This document shows, one piece after another, positions 8,946 to 17,733 of a stretch of DNA of 48,639 nt (positions are counted from its first letter, which is position 1; each line of letters opens with the position of its first letter). The position numbers and the translations under genes are program-made. The notes under the pieces were generated by a model, which saw only the letters and a program-made list of their open reading frames with translations, did not search any database and had not been told where the DNA came from. This stretch comes from a virus (Duplodnaviria > Heunggongvirae > Uroviricota > Caudoviricetes): IMG/VR virus record IMGVR_UViG_2778261184_000002, positions 1 to 48,639 of that record; one strand, written 5' to 3'.

Positions 8946-9625
8946 TCACCGTTAACGACCAGGCGTTATATAGCCGTATTGATGGTTCAGGATACAGAAA
9001 CATATGGGTTGTTGGTGATTTGCACGGTTGCTACACCCTGCTTATGAATGAACTCCATCGTGTGGATTTTGACCCGGCGCAGGATTTACTGATATCAGTC
9101 GGCGACCTTATCGATCGCGGCACTGAAAATGTCGAATGCCTGGAGTTATTGCAAATGCCCTGGTTCCGGGCTGTCATGGGTAACCATGAGCGGTTGATGA
9201 TCGATGCGTTAAGCCCAGCTGGAAACGTGAATAACTGGCTAATGAATGGCGGTCAGTGGTTCTTTATGCTGGATAGTGATAAGGAAGTTTTAGCCAGGGC
9301 GCTGGTGGAGCTGGTAAGGCAATTGCCTCATATCATTGAGCTGAACACCGGGCAGGAGACTATTGTCATTGCTCATGCTGACTATCCGGATAGAGAGTAT
9401 CAGTTCGGTAAGGCTGTGCCGCTTTTCAATGTCATCTGGTCGCGCGACCGTGTTAGTGATTCGATAGATGGCATCGGTGAAGAAATTACAGGTGCAGATC
9501 GATTTATCTTCGGACACACCCCGGCTAAAAGCCCAAAAGCATTCTGGAACCAGCATTATATCGATACTGGTGCTGTATTTTGCGGAAACCTGACGCTAAT
9601 GCAGGTGAAGGGAGGGCAACCGTAA
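8942..9625 (+). CDS. Ser/Thr protein phosphatase (lambda NinI/ORF221-like metallophosphoesterase)
   Basis: GDLHG, GDLIDRG, GNHE, and GHTP metallophosphatase motifs in order; 227 aa. Confidence 0.85.
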   Translation: MITVNDQALYSRIDGSGYRNIWVVGDLHGCYTLLMNELHRVDFDPAQDLLISVGDLIDRGTENVECLELLQMPWFRAVMGNHERLMIDALSPAGNVNNWLMNGGQWFFMLDSDKEVLARALVELVRQLPHIIELNTGQETIVIAHADYPDREYQFGKAVPLFNVIWSRDRVSDSIDGIGEEITGADRFIFGHTPAKSPKAFWNQHYIDTGAVFCGNLTLMQVKGGQP

Positions 9626-9657
9626 GCCGGGTTACATCGTTTACGCGCTCAAAACCG

Positions 9658-9687
9658 TGTTAGATTGTTGATTTTAATTTTCTAACA
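9658..9687 (-). promoter_or_regulatory. 30-bp composite operator-like site (TGTTAGAAAATTAAAA-N7-TCTAACA on minus strand)
   Basis: Same architecture as 6153-6182; about 40 bp upstream of ORF 9730. Confidence 0.5.
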
Positions 9688-9729
9688 TATTATTTTACCG
9701 CTCGGAACAAAACAGAGTCGGTATGCATT

Positions 9730-10725
9730 ATGAGTGCAATAATCACCCCATATGTCGTAAATGAAACTGGTGTGGCTGTCTTTCCTGTAGATAAGCCCAC
9801 CAGCAATTACATCGGCGCAGGCCGCCGTTTTCTTATCTCCCCATTGCCGCGCGAACAGGCTGAAAACACCCCTGATGGCGTCGTGGACCTGAATTATTCC
9901 CTGGTTGCCAACCAGTCACTGACACCCTTTTTTCAAAGTGAGCGCGTATTTAATGCGTTAGGTGGCGAGGATTCTATCGTTCACTGGGTTAGCACCAACA
10001 TTCACGATTGCCAGGCGCATGATAAGCGCGATTGTAGCCACCAGCTAACCACTCACTTCTATAACGGTTCTGCCGTTCGCCTGTGCTGGAAGCATGATGC
10101 GGAATACATGATGAAGGGGTACAGCAAGCTGGACGACCAGTTATCCCTGAATCGCGCCAACTGGGTTATGAACTGGGCTGCGAGCGAGTTAAAACTACCG
10201 CCAGAACGCGATCTTAGCATGGTTGAACTCACTTTTTGGGCCATTCGCCGGAATCTGAAAGATGAGCTGCCAGATGAAGCCGGGCGCATTGCATTTTGTC
10301 AGCCAAAAACTGAAATCCCTACCGGTACGCTGAAAGAATCAGATATCACCTGGGAGCACAGTACCCGCGAGCTGGTGGACATAACCGCAGAGCAGATCGT
10401 CAACCTGTCTGTAGATGAGGATTCCGGCCTGCTTTATATGCGCCGACCAAAAGCGGTCCTCGGTAAAAGCCCAGCTTATCTCCGGTTTGTGGTTTCTCGT
10501 CCGTGCATCGGATGCGGTGGCAAAGTTAACCACCCGTTCATGTACCGCGCCCGCTCGTTAAACGAACACGACCGCTGGGCTGTTCCTCTTTGCGATGACT
10601 GCGCCAGAAGCGCAGAAAACGATGTCCGGGCATGGGAAAAAGCACATGGCATACGCCTTTACGTAGCCGCTAACCAGCTTTTTGACTTCGCCATCGAGCG
10701 CGGAGTGATCACGTTCAATAACTGA
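9730..10725 (+). CDS. Hypothetical protein with C-terminal Cys/His-rich (HNH- or Zn-ribbon-like) domain
   Basis: C-terminus CIGCGG...H...PLCDDC; N-terminal 250 aa without recognisable motif. Confidence 0.45.
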   Translation: MSAIITPYVVNETGVAVFPVDKPTSNYIGAGRRFLISPLPREQAENTPDGVVDLNYSLVANQSLTPFFQSERVFNALGGEDSIVHWVSTNIHDCQAHDKRDCSHQLTTHFYNGSAVRLCWKHDAEYMMKGYSKLDDQLSLNRANWVMNWAASELKLPPERDLSMVELTFWAIRRNLKDELPDEAGRIAFCQPKTEIPTGTLKESDITWEHSTRELVDITAEQIVNLSVDEDSGLLYMRRPKAVLGKSPAYLRFVVSRPCIGCGGKVNHPFMYRARSLNEHDRWAVPLCDDCARSAENDVRAWEKAHGIRLYVAANQLFDFAIERGVITFNN

Positions 10726-10738
10726 TGGGAACAATGCA

Positions 10739-11038
10739 ATGAGTCAAGGTAATGGTGACGGAGCTGCAAAGTGCAGAATCTCCACTTGTTTGATTAATGA
10801 CAAAACAATAGAACCGTGCGCGGCGTTGGCACAATCTCTGGAGCAGGATGCTGAATACACGACGCGGAAAGGTCTGCTGAAATACAAAATCTATAACCAT
10901 GAATTAATTCATTCACAAGACCTGATCATGCTGCGATCAGGCGAGTTTTCTAAATCGCCGATTCGAATTTCATTTTGCCCGTTCTGTGGTGAAAGTCTGA
11001 AAACGCGGGAAGCGGAGGCAACCAGTGAGCAAAATTAA
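10739..11038 (+). CDS. Small Cys-containing protein (possible zinc ribbon)
   Basis: 99 aa; CRISTC near N-terminus and CPFCG near C-terminus. Confidence 0.4.
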   Translation: MSQGNGDGAAKCRISTCLINDKTIEPCAALAQSLEQDAEYTTRKGLLKYKIYNHELIHSQDLIMLRSGEFSKSPIRISFCPFCGESLKTREAEATSEQN

Positions 11039-11642
11039 CTATCAAGAACTGCGCGAGGCGGCGGAACAGGCAACGCAAGATGAATGGGTAGCATATATTT
11101 TGCCGGGTCATAACGGCATTTATCCTGCGCGCACGTCTGAAGGTAGGCATTGCGGATACTTTATTGACTGGCCTGGCATTGATGGACAAAGGAATGCTGG
11201 TGCTAATGCTCGTTATATCGCTGCTATCCCACCAAAAGTTGCGTTGTCACTACTGGATGAAATTAAACGTCAGGAGGACTCAAATATTGATGCTATGTGC
11301 CGTGTTGCAGAGCTTGAAACTAATATCGCGGCGCTGGTGGCAGAGAACGCCGGACTGAAACACGCAATGGCCGTAACTCTTGAGCATGTGTCGGTAACGG
11401 ATGCAGGGCAGGCCGGAGTTGCTGCGATGATTATTAATGATGCCCTGCACCACAGCGAAACGCCAGCTACCGACGCTTTCCTGGCGGAAGTGCGGGCGCA
11501 GGGGGTGGATATGGCTCGTAACGCGATGATTGATTTTGTTGATGGTGAAGTTGGGCCAAACAAGAACGTTCCGGGGCTGATTAGAGGCGCAGAGATATGC
11601 GTAAGTATTGCTGAACAGCTTCGCAAAGGAGGCAACCAGTGA
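11025..11642 (+). CDS. Ea22-like mosaic protein (paralog 3)
   Basis: NYQELREAAEQA, NARYIAAIPPKVALSLLDE, PATDAFLAEV, AEQLRKGGNQ blocks. Confidence 0.5.
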   Translation: MSKINYQELREAAEQATQDEWVAYILPGHNGIYPARTSEGRHCGYFIDWPGIDGQRNAGANARYIAAIPPKVALSLLDEIKRQEDSNIDAMCRVAELETNIAALVAENAGLKHAMAVTLEHVSVTDAGQAGVAAMIINDALHHSETPATDAFLAEVRAQGVDMARNAMIDFVDGEVGPNKNVPGLIRGAEICVSIAEQLRKGGNQ

Positions 11643-11926
11643 GCGAAATTAATTACCAGGCACTGCGTGAGGCGGCGGAACGTGCAATTCCAGCAATGGA
11701 ACGCCTGTTAATGTTGCCAGCTGATGATGATTTGTTAAGTGAACAAGAACTTAAAGATTACGGTGTGGATATTGATGCGCTCAACGCCTTCAAATTTCTG
11801 GCCGGACCAGAAACCGTGCTGGCGCTGCTGGATGAAAACGAAAGACTGTGTCGCGAGCTGATAGCTCGTAATGGTGAGATTGAAGGGCTTCGGAAGTGGG
11901 CAGAAGAACGGGAGATGCAACCATGA
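11639..11926 (+). CDS. Ea22-like mosaic protein (short paralog 4)
   Basis: INYQALREAAERA and LALLDENERL blocks only. Confidence 0.45.
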   Translation: MSEINYQALREAAERAIPAMERLLMLPADDDLLSEQELKDYGVDIDALNAFKFLAGPETVLALLDENERLCRELIARNGEIEGLRKWAEEREMQP

Positions 11927-12600
11927 TGACTTTTACCAGCGAACAATTAGCTACCTTACGTAAGATAGCGCAACAGGCAACACAGGGCGAATGGCGTGCA
12001 TTCATCTCGCCGGACACTGGTACATATGCGGTGCATACACCTGGTGATAAACGATGTGAAGACGTTATCAAATGGACCGGCTTTGATGGACAGAACAACG
12101 CAGAGAACAACGCTCGTTATATCGCAGCTTTCAACCCTGAAGTAGTGCAGGCACTACTGGATGAACGGGAAAGAAACCAGCAATACATCAAATCCCGCGA
12201 CCAGGAGAACGAGGATATTGCACTAACAGTTGGGAAGCTGAGAGTTGAGCTGGAAGCCGCAGAGAAGCGCATAGCAGAACTGGAAACAAAAGCGAACCAG
12301 CAAACCAGAATAAGCGATAAGGGGCTGACAAAGCTGATTGCCGATGCTGACAAAATGCTGGGTATGCGTTCGCCGGTTATAGACAGCGAGTGGTGGACGC
12401 TTTTACGGCAGTTCCTGATTGAACTTCAGGATCGCCGCAGAAACAGCATTTCTGAATCTGGAATCCGTGCTGAAACCCTGAATGATTTAATCCGACATAT
12501 TGACAGAAACCTGGATATTGACGCGATGAAATCGCCGTTTGAACTGTCATCTGAAATTGTGGATTACGTTAATAGGCAACTGCACAAGGAGAATTCGTAA
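11923..12600 (+). CDS. Ea22-like mosaic protein (paralog 5)
   Basis: NARYIAAFNPEVVQALLDE and LRVELEAAEKRIAELE blocks; start placed at ATG 11923 overlapping upstream stop. Confidence 0.5.
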   Translation: MMTFTSEQLATLRKIAQQATQGEWRAFISPDTGTYAVHTPGDKRCEDVIKWTGFDGQNNAENNARYIAAFNPEVVQALLDERERNQQYIKSRDQENEDIALTVGKLRVELEAAEKRIAELETKANQQTRISDKGLTKLIADADKMLGMRSPVIDSEWWTLLRQFLIELQDRRRNSISESGIRAETLNDLIRHIDRNLDIDAMKSPFELSSEIVDYVNRQLHKENS

Positions 12601-12782
12601 TGCAGGTGGCATTTGTTGGCCTGTTACCGCATCCGATCCGCCTTTGGGCGGATATGTCACTCATAAAAACGCATTTTTTTACTACTGATGGCGGCATTCC
12701 GGCACCAAAGCGCCGCCATACCGGTATTGCAGCGGCACGACGAGCAGCAAAGAAACGCAAACGCAGGAGAACAAAACGATGA
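12600..12782 (+). CDS. Small protein with poly-basic C-terminus
   Basis: 60 aa ending KKRKRRRTKR; overlaps neighbours by ATGA/TAATG junctions. Confidence 0.3.
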   Translation: MQVAFVGLLPHPIRLWADMSLIKTHFFTTDGGIPAPKRRHTGIAAARRAAKKRKRRRTKR

Positions 12783-12955
12783 AAAACCGTAAAGCAAAAT
12801 TACTTCTTTTATCGCGTTCGACGGGGTACGAGAAGCTACCAATCAGCAATCACAAACGGGCGGTGATCGGCATGTTTGGTAGGGTGGTATTCGCATTTAA
12901 CTATAAACCCACCGCGTCGAGGAACAGACGAGAGAAGGGGTACGCAGTGCGATGA
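12779..12955 (+). CDS. Candidate small ORF, 58 aa, N-terminus MKNRKAK
   Basis: First 21 nt nearly identical to the start of ORF 12952; not in track (under 60 aa). Confidence 0.25.
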   Translation: MKNRKAKLLLLSRSTGYEKLPISNHKRAVIGMFGRVVFAFNYKPTASRNRREKGYAVR

Positions 12956-13143
12956 AAAACCGTAAGGCAAAGATGCTGATAGCAAAGCCCGGGCAGCGTA
13001 TCCGTATCTCAAATCGGCTTGTTATTTACTATAGATATCTGGGTTTTAGGGGGTGTTCCTCTATTCGTTTTTACGGTGTCTGGCGGAGCAGAAGCGCGGC
13101 GCAAAACCGCTGGAAAAACCACTTGCGCACTAAAGGAGAGTGA
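12952..13143 (+). CDS. Candidate small ORF, 63 aa, N-terminus MKNRKAK
   Basis: Shares duplicated start sequence with 12779. Confidence 0.3.
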   Translation: MKNRKAKMLIAKPGQRIRISNRLVIYYRYLGFRGCSSIRFYGVWRSRSAAQNRWKNHLRTKGE

Positions 13144-13144
13144 G

Positions 13145-13660
13145 ATGGCGTTAACACACCGCGAACTCTGTCAGATTGCGTACAAGTTCCTTAAGCGCAA
13201 CGGGTTCAAGGTTTGCTTTCATGACCGCTTTATAGCTGTAACCAGTACCGGAGAACAGCCAGATGCTATGGGATTCAGAAATTCAGCATCATGCTTGATA
13301 GAGGCGAAGTGTTCTCGTGCTGACTTGTTGGCAGATAGAAAAAAGCGTTTCCGTAAAAATCCGTCTCTTGGAATGGGCGACTGGCGATTCTTTATTAGTG
13401 AGCCGGGAATTATTTCAGTTGAGGATTTACCTCCCGGCTGGGGATTACTTCACGTTGTTAACGGAAGAGTACGGAAAGTACATGGATGGCCCAAGGGGAA
13501 TTGCTGTTGGGGTAATCCTGACGATAAGCCATTTACTGGGAATAAGCAGGTTGAATGCGATTACATGTTATCTGCATTAAGGCGCATGGAGCTAAGAGGA
13601 CACCTTAATGAAATATATGACGGTGTAATTGTTAATAAGAAAGAAGGAAACGCGGCATGA
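13145..13660 (+). CDS. PD-(D/E)xK-type nuclease candidate
   Basis: D...E-A-K arrangement (PDAMGF ... CLIEAKC); start placed at ATG 13145 with AAGGAGAG RBS instead of track start 13019. Confidence 0.4.
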   Translation: MALTHRELCQIAYKFLKRNGFKVCFHDRFIAVTSTGEQPDAMGFRNSASCLIEAKCSRADLLADRKKRFRKNPSLGMGDWRFFISEPGIISVEDLPPGWGLLHVVNGRVRKVHGWPKGNCCWGNPDDKPFTGNKQVECDYMLSALRRMELRGHLNEIYDGVIVNKKEGNAA

Positions 13661-14148
13661 CAACTTTAACCGACAAAGAAATGATTAAAGAAATCAAAGA
13701 GCGCATAGGCAGCCTGGACGTGCGAGACAATATTGAGCGCCGGGCTTATGAAATTGCTCTGGCATCGCTGGAAGCAGAGCCGGTGGCGTGGAAGGCAACC
13801 TTCACGCAAATTGACAATGAATATAATACGTTCACTGCTCTGTATTCTGACAAAGCAGAAGTCGAACGGTGGGTGCGACTGCATGAAATAGCTGACTTTC
13901 GGGCAGATATAACACCGCTTTATACAGCCCAACCAGCGCCGGTAGCTCCAGATGGTTGGATAAGCTGTAGTGAGCGAATGCCGAAAGGGTATGCTGATGT
14001 GTTAGTGACCGACGGAGAGCATGTCGAGGTTAAATGGTGGGATGAATCTGGGTATTGGAATAGTTGGCCGGAACTTAACTCAGATATCTTTGCCGATGAA
14101 ATAACTCACTGGATGCCGCTACCAGAACCGCCGCAGGAGGCGAAATGA
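13657..14148 (+). CDS. DUF551-like phage protein
   Basis: C-terminal W-ISCSERMPK...HWMPLPEPP signature. Confidence 0.55.
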   Translation: MTTLTDKEMIKEIKERIGSLDVRDNIERRAYEIALASLEAEPVAWKATFTQIDNEYNTFTALYSDKAEVERWVRLHEIADFRADITPLYTAQPAPVAPDGWISCSERMPKGYADVLVTDGEHVEVKWWDESGYWNSWPELNSDIFADEITHWMPLPEPPQEAK

Positions 14149-14405
14149 TGGATGTAAAAGAGAAGGTTTTGCAGGTGATGCGTTCCCGGGCTGCCCTGCA
14201 AGATAAAGCTCTCGGCGGGGAATATCCATTCACGATAGCAACCTGGAATCTGCGGTTGGCAATGGAGAAGGAATTTCCTGATGAAGAATGGCGCTCGGCA
14301 GATTTGCGCAAAATTCTTATGGAACTGGCTAAAGACGGAGCAGTATCCAAAGATACCTATGCCAGCCGGATTGGTCAGGCGGTATGGAGACTGGAGGTGC
14401 GGTAA
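14145..14405 (+). CDS. Hypothetical protein
   Basis: 86-aa ORF, coupled to neighbours. Confidence 0.4.
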   Translation: MMDVKEKVLQVMRSRAALQDKALGGEYPFTIATWNLRLAMEKEFPDEEWRSADLRKILMELAKDGAVSKDTYASRIGQAVWRLEVR

Positions 14406-14686
14406 TGGCTAACCTGCAACTTGCTGTCAAAGGTGAATACTTCGATGCCATGATTCGCGGAGAGAAAACGGAAGAGTATCGCCTGTGTAATGACTACTGG
14501 AATAAGCGAATTATGTTCCGCGAGTATGACCGACTGATTATCACAAAGGGATATCCGAAGCGCGACGATTCCAGTCGCAGAATTGATGTTCCGTATGACG
14601 GATATGAAATCAAGACAATCACACATCCGCACTTTGGAGAGAATCCGGTTAAGGTATTTGCGATAAAGGTTAATATCAATGGCTAA
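14405..14686 (+). CDS. ASCH/PUA-like small protein candidate
   Basis: N-terminal LAVKGEYFDAMIRGEKTEEYRL pattern; start at ATG 14405. Confidence 0.35.
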   Translation: MANLQLAVKGEYFDAMIRGEKTEEYRLCNDYWNKRIMFREYDRLIITKGYPKRDDSSRRIDVPYDGYEIKTITHPHFGENPVKVFAIKVNING

Positions 14687-15083
14687 ATTTCAAAGAAATA
14701 TTATTTTTCTGGCAATGTTATCTGCCTGTCATTTATCTCATGCATCGGTTATTGCTGCGGGAGCTGCGGCAACCGCTGTAATTAGCGCCTCAGCCGCCAG
14801 CGAGCATGAGCAACGTACTGCAATCAATGCATCTGCCAATACCACCACGGTATCAGTAACACAAGAAAAGCCGAATATCGGCTTTGTTACTTGTGGCAAG
14901 CGATATGGTGAAATGGTTGGCTCTCTTGGTTGCGTAATGTGGCAAGACGACGACCGAACAGAAATTCCGTGGAACTCATGGCCTGGCTACATTCTTGGTA
15001 AGAAGCTGCCCACCAGCTATGAAGTAAATGCTATTTCGTTCGACCAATATAACAGTGTTGCAACGGTCTATTTCTCTTATTAA
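14679..15083 (+). CDS. Secreted protein
   Basis: Signal-peptide-like N-terminus (IIFLAMLSACHLSHASVIAAGAAA). Confidence 0.45.
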   Translation: MAKFQRNIIFLAMLSACHLSHASVIAAGAAATAVISASAASEHEQRTAINASANTTTVSVTQEKPNIGFVTCGKRYGEMVGSLGCVMWQDDDRTEIPWNSWPGYILGKKLPTSYEVNAISFDQYNSVATVYFSY

Positions 15084-15095
15084 CACGGAGTAATT

Positions 15096-15389
15096 ATGTG
15101 GCGCGGTAATAATCATGGTGGAAGCCAGATGATACTTACCGAATATCAGCTCGACCACAAAACCAATAAATCACGCTCAGTATATTTGCTTCGGCACAAT
15201 AGCCGCGTAAGGAATACCGTGCTGGAGCAAAATCTGACCGTTGAAATGGATAATTCGGGGAACTTCAAGCCAACAATTTCGCTTGATGATTTTCCGCGTG
15301 GTTTAAGCGAAAGAGAAGCCATGCTGAAATTAGCAGAATGGCTTCAGAGGTTAAGTATTGTTATTGAAGATAACTGGAGTCAACCATAA
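15096..15389 (+). CDS. Hypothetical protein
   Basis: 97-aa ORF. Confidence 0.35.
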   Translation: MWRGNNHGGSQMILTEYQLDHKTNKSRSVYLLRHNSRVRNTVLEQNLTVEMDNSGNFKPTISLDDFPRGLSEREAMLKLAEWLQRLSIVIEDNWSQP

Positions 15390-15565
15390 TGAAAAACAGA
15401 AAGAAATTTTGGATTACTTTTTTGTTTGTATGCCTTTGCGGTTTATTTATTTTATTAGCTGGTGGTGTTAAATGGGGTACGGTGGGGTGTGGTTTTTGGA
15501 GCGGGGTTACTCTTTTCGCAGCCTGGCTTATCGCCAACTTTGAGTCAGGCGGAGGGTATTGGTAA
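15389..15565 (+). CDS. Candidate 58-aa two-helix membrane peptide (MKNRKKFWITFLFVCLCGLFILLAGG...)
   Basis: ATG overlaps upstream TAA; two hydrophobic segments; not in track. Confidence 0.3.
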   Translation: MKNRKKFWITFLFVCLCGLFILLAGGVKWGTVGCGFWSGVTLFAAWLIANFESGGGYW

Positions 15566-15587
15566 GTGGTCTTATTCCCCACTTCAT

Positions 15588-15641
15588 AACGGATATCACG
15601 CTCGTGATAACGGATATTCCAATTTTGATAACGGATAAGGC
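15588..15641 (+). repeat. Three direct repeats of ATAACGGATA at ~18-20 bp spacing
   Basis: cATAACGGATAtcac, gATAACGGATAttcc, gATAACGGATAaggc immediately upstream of ORF 15645. Confidence 0.6.
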
Positions 15642-15644
15642 CAA

Positions 15645-15854
15645 ATGAAGCATTTTTTAAGGTTGGCATTTGTTCTGGCGCTATTTGATCCTCCGGCTGC
15701 AATGGCTGGAGAACAGCAACATTGCACAAAAGAGAATGAACACCCTTTCATCGTTATTCAATGCGATGACGGAACGGTGACTGTGGTTAATGTAAGAAAT
15801 GACCGTGTAGCTGTTTGCCGTAAAGGCGAACCATGCAAGGAAATAAAACTATGA
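15645..15854 (+). CDS. Small secreted Cys-containing protein
   Basis: 69 aa; signal peptide LAFVLALFDPPAAMA; four Cys. Confidence 0.4.
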   Translation: MKHFLRLAFVLALFDPPAAMAGEQQHCTKENEHPFIVIQCDDGTVTVVNVRNDRVAVCRKGEPCKEIKL

Positions 15855-16609
15855 CAAGAATCACTAAAGAGCGTATTTCAGATATTATTTCCCGTATCGA
15901 AATGTATGGTCACGGTGCTGGATATACGGCAGATGAAGTATTGGCACTTGCCCAAATGGCTTTGGCGGCTTGCAAAGATGATAAAAAAATGAAGCTTATC
16001 GACTTGTTAGTGAAGGAGCTGCCTAAGTGCGGCGGGTGGCCTGATGGTATGATCGATTGTCGCCTGCTCAGTGCCAATTTAATGGCGCCATGCGCGACTT
16101 TTGCTTTTGGCTCAGACCACAAAAAAGACACGTTCTTTGGGTGCAATTTTTGTTATGAGATTGAGCTTCCAATTGGTGACCTTGATAGCGATGAATACCT
16201 GTCAGTTGTCACTCGCGAACAATACGAATCAGCTCTCATAGCGTCGCAGAAAGTCGAGTTCAATGGTGATGAACTTGAAAGTAAGACTTACAGGTTGGAT
16301 TTTGGGCAATGGCTGGAACAGCAACGCGGGAAAATCGATGTGGACTGTGGTTGTGTGTCCACTGAAACATTCATGCACTGGCTGCGGGTAGCTTACGAGG
16401 CTGGCAACCATCCGGATTTTCCGGATAGTTCCCAACAATCGCCCAAGAAAAGCGTAAAAACCACTCTGGAAAGAGGCTATCTTGAGGCCGCATTAAAGAT
16501 TAAGCCGGGCCATACGCTAGGCGTCATTGATGCCATGTTGGTTCATGAAATGGCGAAGGCTTTATTGCCGCTGGTGGCTGATAAAATTCCGAATAAAGCC
16601 GATATCTGA
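15851..16609 (+). CDS. Hypothetical Cys-rich protein
   Basis: Start at ATG 15851 overlapping upstream stop (ATGA). Confidence 0.45.
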   Translation: MTRITKERISDIISRIEMYGHGAGYTADEVLALAQMALAACKDDKKMKLIDLLVKELPKCGGWPDGMIDCRLLSANLMAPCATFAFGSDHKKDTFFGCNFCYEIELPIGDLDSDEYLSVVTREQYESALIASQKVEFNGDELESKTYRLDFGQWLEQQRGKIDVDCGCVSTETFMHWLRVAYEAGNHPDFPDSSQQSPKKSVKTTLERGYLEAALKIKPGHTLGVIDAMLVHEMAKALLPLVADKIPNKADI

Positions 16610-16620
16610 TCACCATGCTA

Positions 16621-16651
16621 AAATCCCCTCAATTCACAGAGGGGATTTTTG
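16621..16651. terminator. Rho-independent terminator
   Basis: ATCCCCTC-aattcaca-GAGGGGAT followed by T5. Confidence 0.7.
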
Positions 16652-16921
16652 TATATGTTGCATAGAGTTTTATGGAAAAGCGTTATTGTCGGCGCGATAC
16701 TGGCTATATCTGGGTGTGCAATGGTGCAATACAACGACGGTGAAAAGGTAAGCATACAGTCAGATGGTTGGTATGGCCTGGATAGCCTGCAAAAAACCGC
16801 AGATAAAGCCTGTCAGCAATATGGGAAGTCTAAAGCAGTATATCAGCATAGCGCGAACGCTAACCCTCATCTAGCGCCCGGTTCTGGTGTTCAGAATACC
16901 ATCTGGAAATGTGAGCCTTAA
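16649..16921 (+). CDS. Lipoprotein candidate
   Basis: Lipobox-like LAISGC after a hydrophobic N-terminus. Confidence 0.5.
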   Translation: MYMLHRVLWKSVIVGAILAISGCAMVQYNDGEKVSIQSDGWYGLDSLQKTADKACQQYGKSKAVYQHSANANPHLAPGSGVQNTIWKCEP

Positions 16922-16923
16922 AT

Positions 16924-17175
16924 ATGAGCGACTGGAATATTGCAGCTAAAAGTCAGGAAGAACGGGATAAGGTTAACGTTGATCTGGCTGCCAGCGGTGT
17001 GGCGTACAAAGAGCGATTGAACATACCTGTCATAGCTGAACAGGTAGCCCGCGAGCAACCAGAGAATCTGCGCACCTATTTCATGGAACGGCTACGGCAC
17101 TACCGGCAGTTAAGCCTCCAGTTGCCAAAAGGGAGCGATCCGGTGTATCAGAACGAGGATGCACCAAAAAAATAA
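16924..17175 (+). CDS. Hypothetical protein
   Basis: 83-aa ORF. Confidence 0.4.
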   Translation: MSDWNIAAKSQEERDKVNVDLAASGVAYKERLNIPVIAEQVAREQPENLRTYFMERLRHYRQLSLQLPKGSDPVYQNEDAPKK

Positions 17176-17260
17176 CGGCAAGATGGGGGAGAAATGTGAT
17201 TAGCCCCCAGCGTGGCGCGCCTACAAACCCCGCTTTCACAAACTATTCCTTTTCAATGTA

Positions 17261-17280
17261 TACTGTATGAATAAACAGTA
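17261..17280 (+). promoter_or_regulatory. LexA (SOS) box TACTGTATGAATAAACAGTA
   Basis: CTGT-N8-ACAG with flanking TA/TA, 19 bp upstream of the humD-like start codon. Confidence 0.75.
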
Positions 17281-17298
17281 TCATTGAGGTAAAACGCT

Positions 17299-17688
17299 AT
17301 GGGCTTCCCTTCTCCTGCGGCGGATTATGCAGAGAGCCGCATTTCTCTTGATCAGCAACTAATCAGACATCCTTCCGCGACCTACTTCATGCGGGCGGCA
17401 GACAGCCATCACCGTGAGGGAATATTGCAAGGTGCTTTGCTGGTGGTTGATTCCTCACTTACTCCGGTTGATGGTTCACTGCTTATATGCGCTATGGAGG
17501 GTGAATATCGCATAAAGAGATACAGGAAGTATCCGCGCCAGCACCTGGAGGATTTAAGCACCGGGAAGAAAGAGGCGTTACCAGTAGATGACGATGGATG
17601 CACGGGCAGTAATGCTGTGTTTGGTGTGATCACTCATGTCATTAATGATGCCCGAAGTGGGGAGTTTGATTATAGACCTGTGATTTAA
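17299..17688 (+). CDS. humD: HumD (UmuD'-like translesion-synthesis accessory protein)
   Basis: 129 aa; GFPSPAADY...HPSATYF...collinear with the UmuD' region; lacks the LexA-like cleavage N-terminus, as P1 HumD. Confidence 0.8.
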   Translation: MGFPSPAADYAESRISLDQQLIRHPSATYFMRAADSHHREGILQGALLVVDSSLTPVDGSLLICAMEGEYRIKRYRKYPRQHLEDLSTGKKEALPVDDDGCTGSNAVFGVITHVINDARSGEFDYRPVI

Positions 17689-17698
17689 GGCGCATAAA

Positions 17699-17728
17699 GA
17701 AGCCCGCCAGACCTGGCGGGCTTTTTGT
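17699..17728 (+). terminator. Rho-independent terminator after humD
   Basis: AGCCCGCCAG-ac-CTGGCGGGCT followed by TTTTT. Confidence 0.7.
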
Positions 17729-17733
17729 TGATA

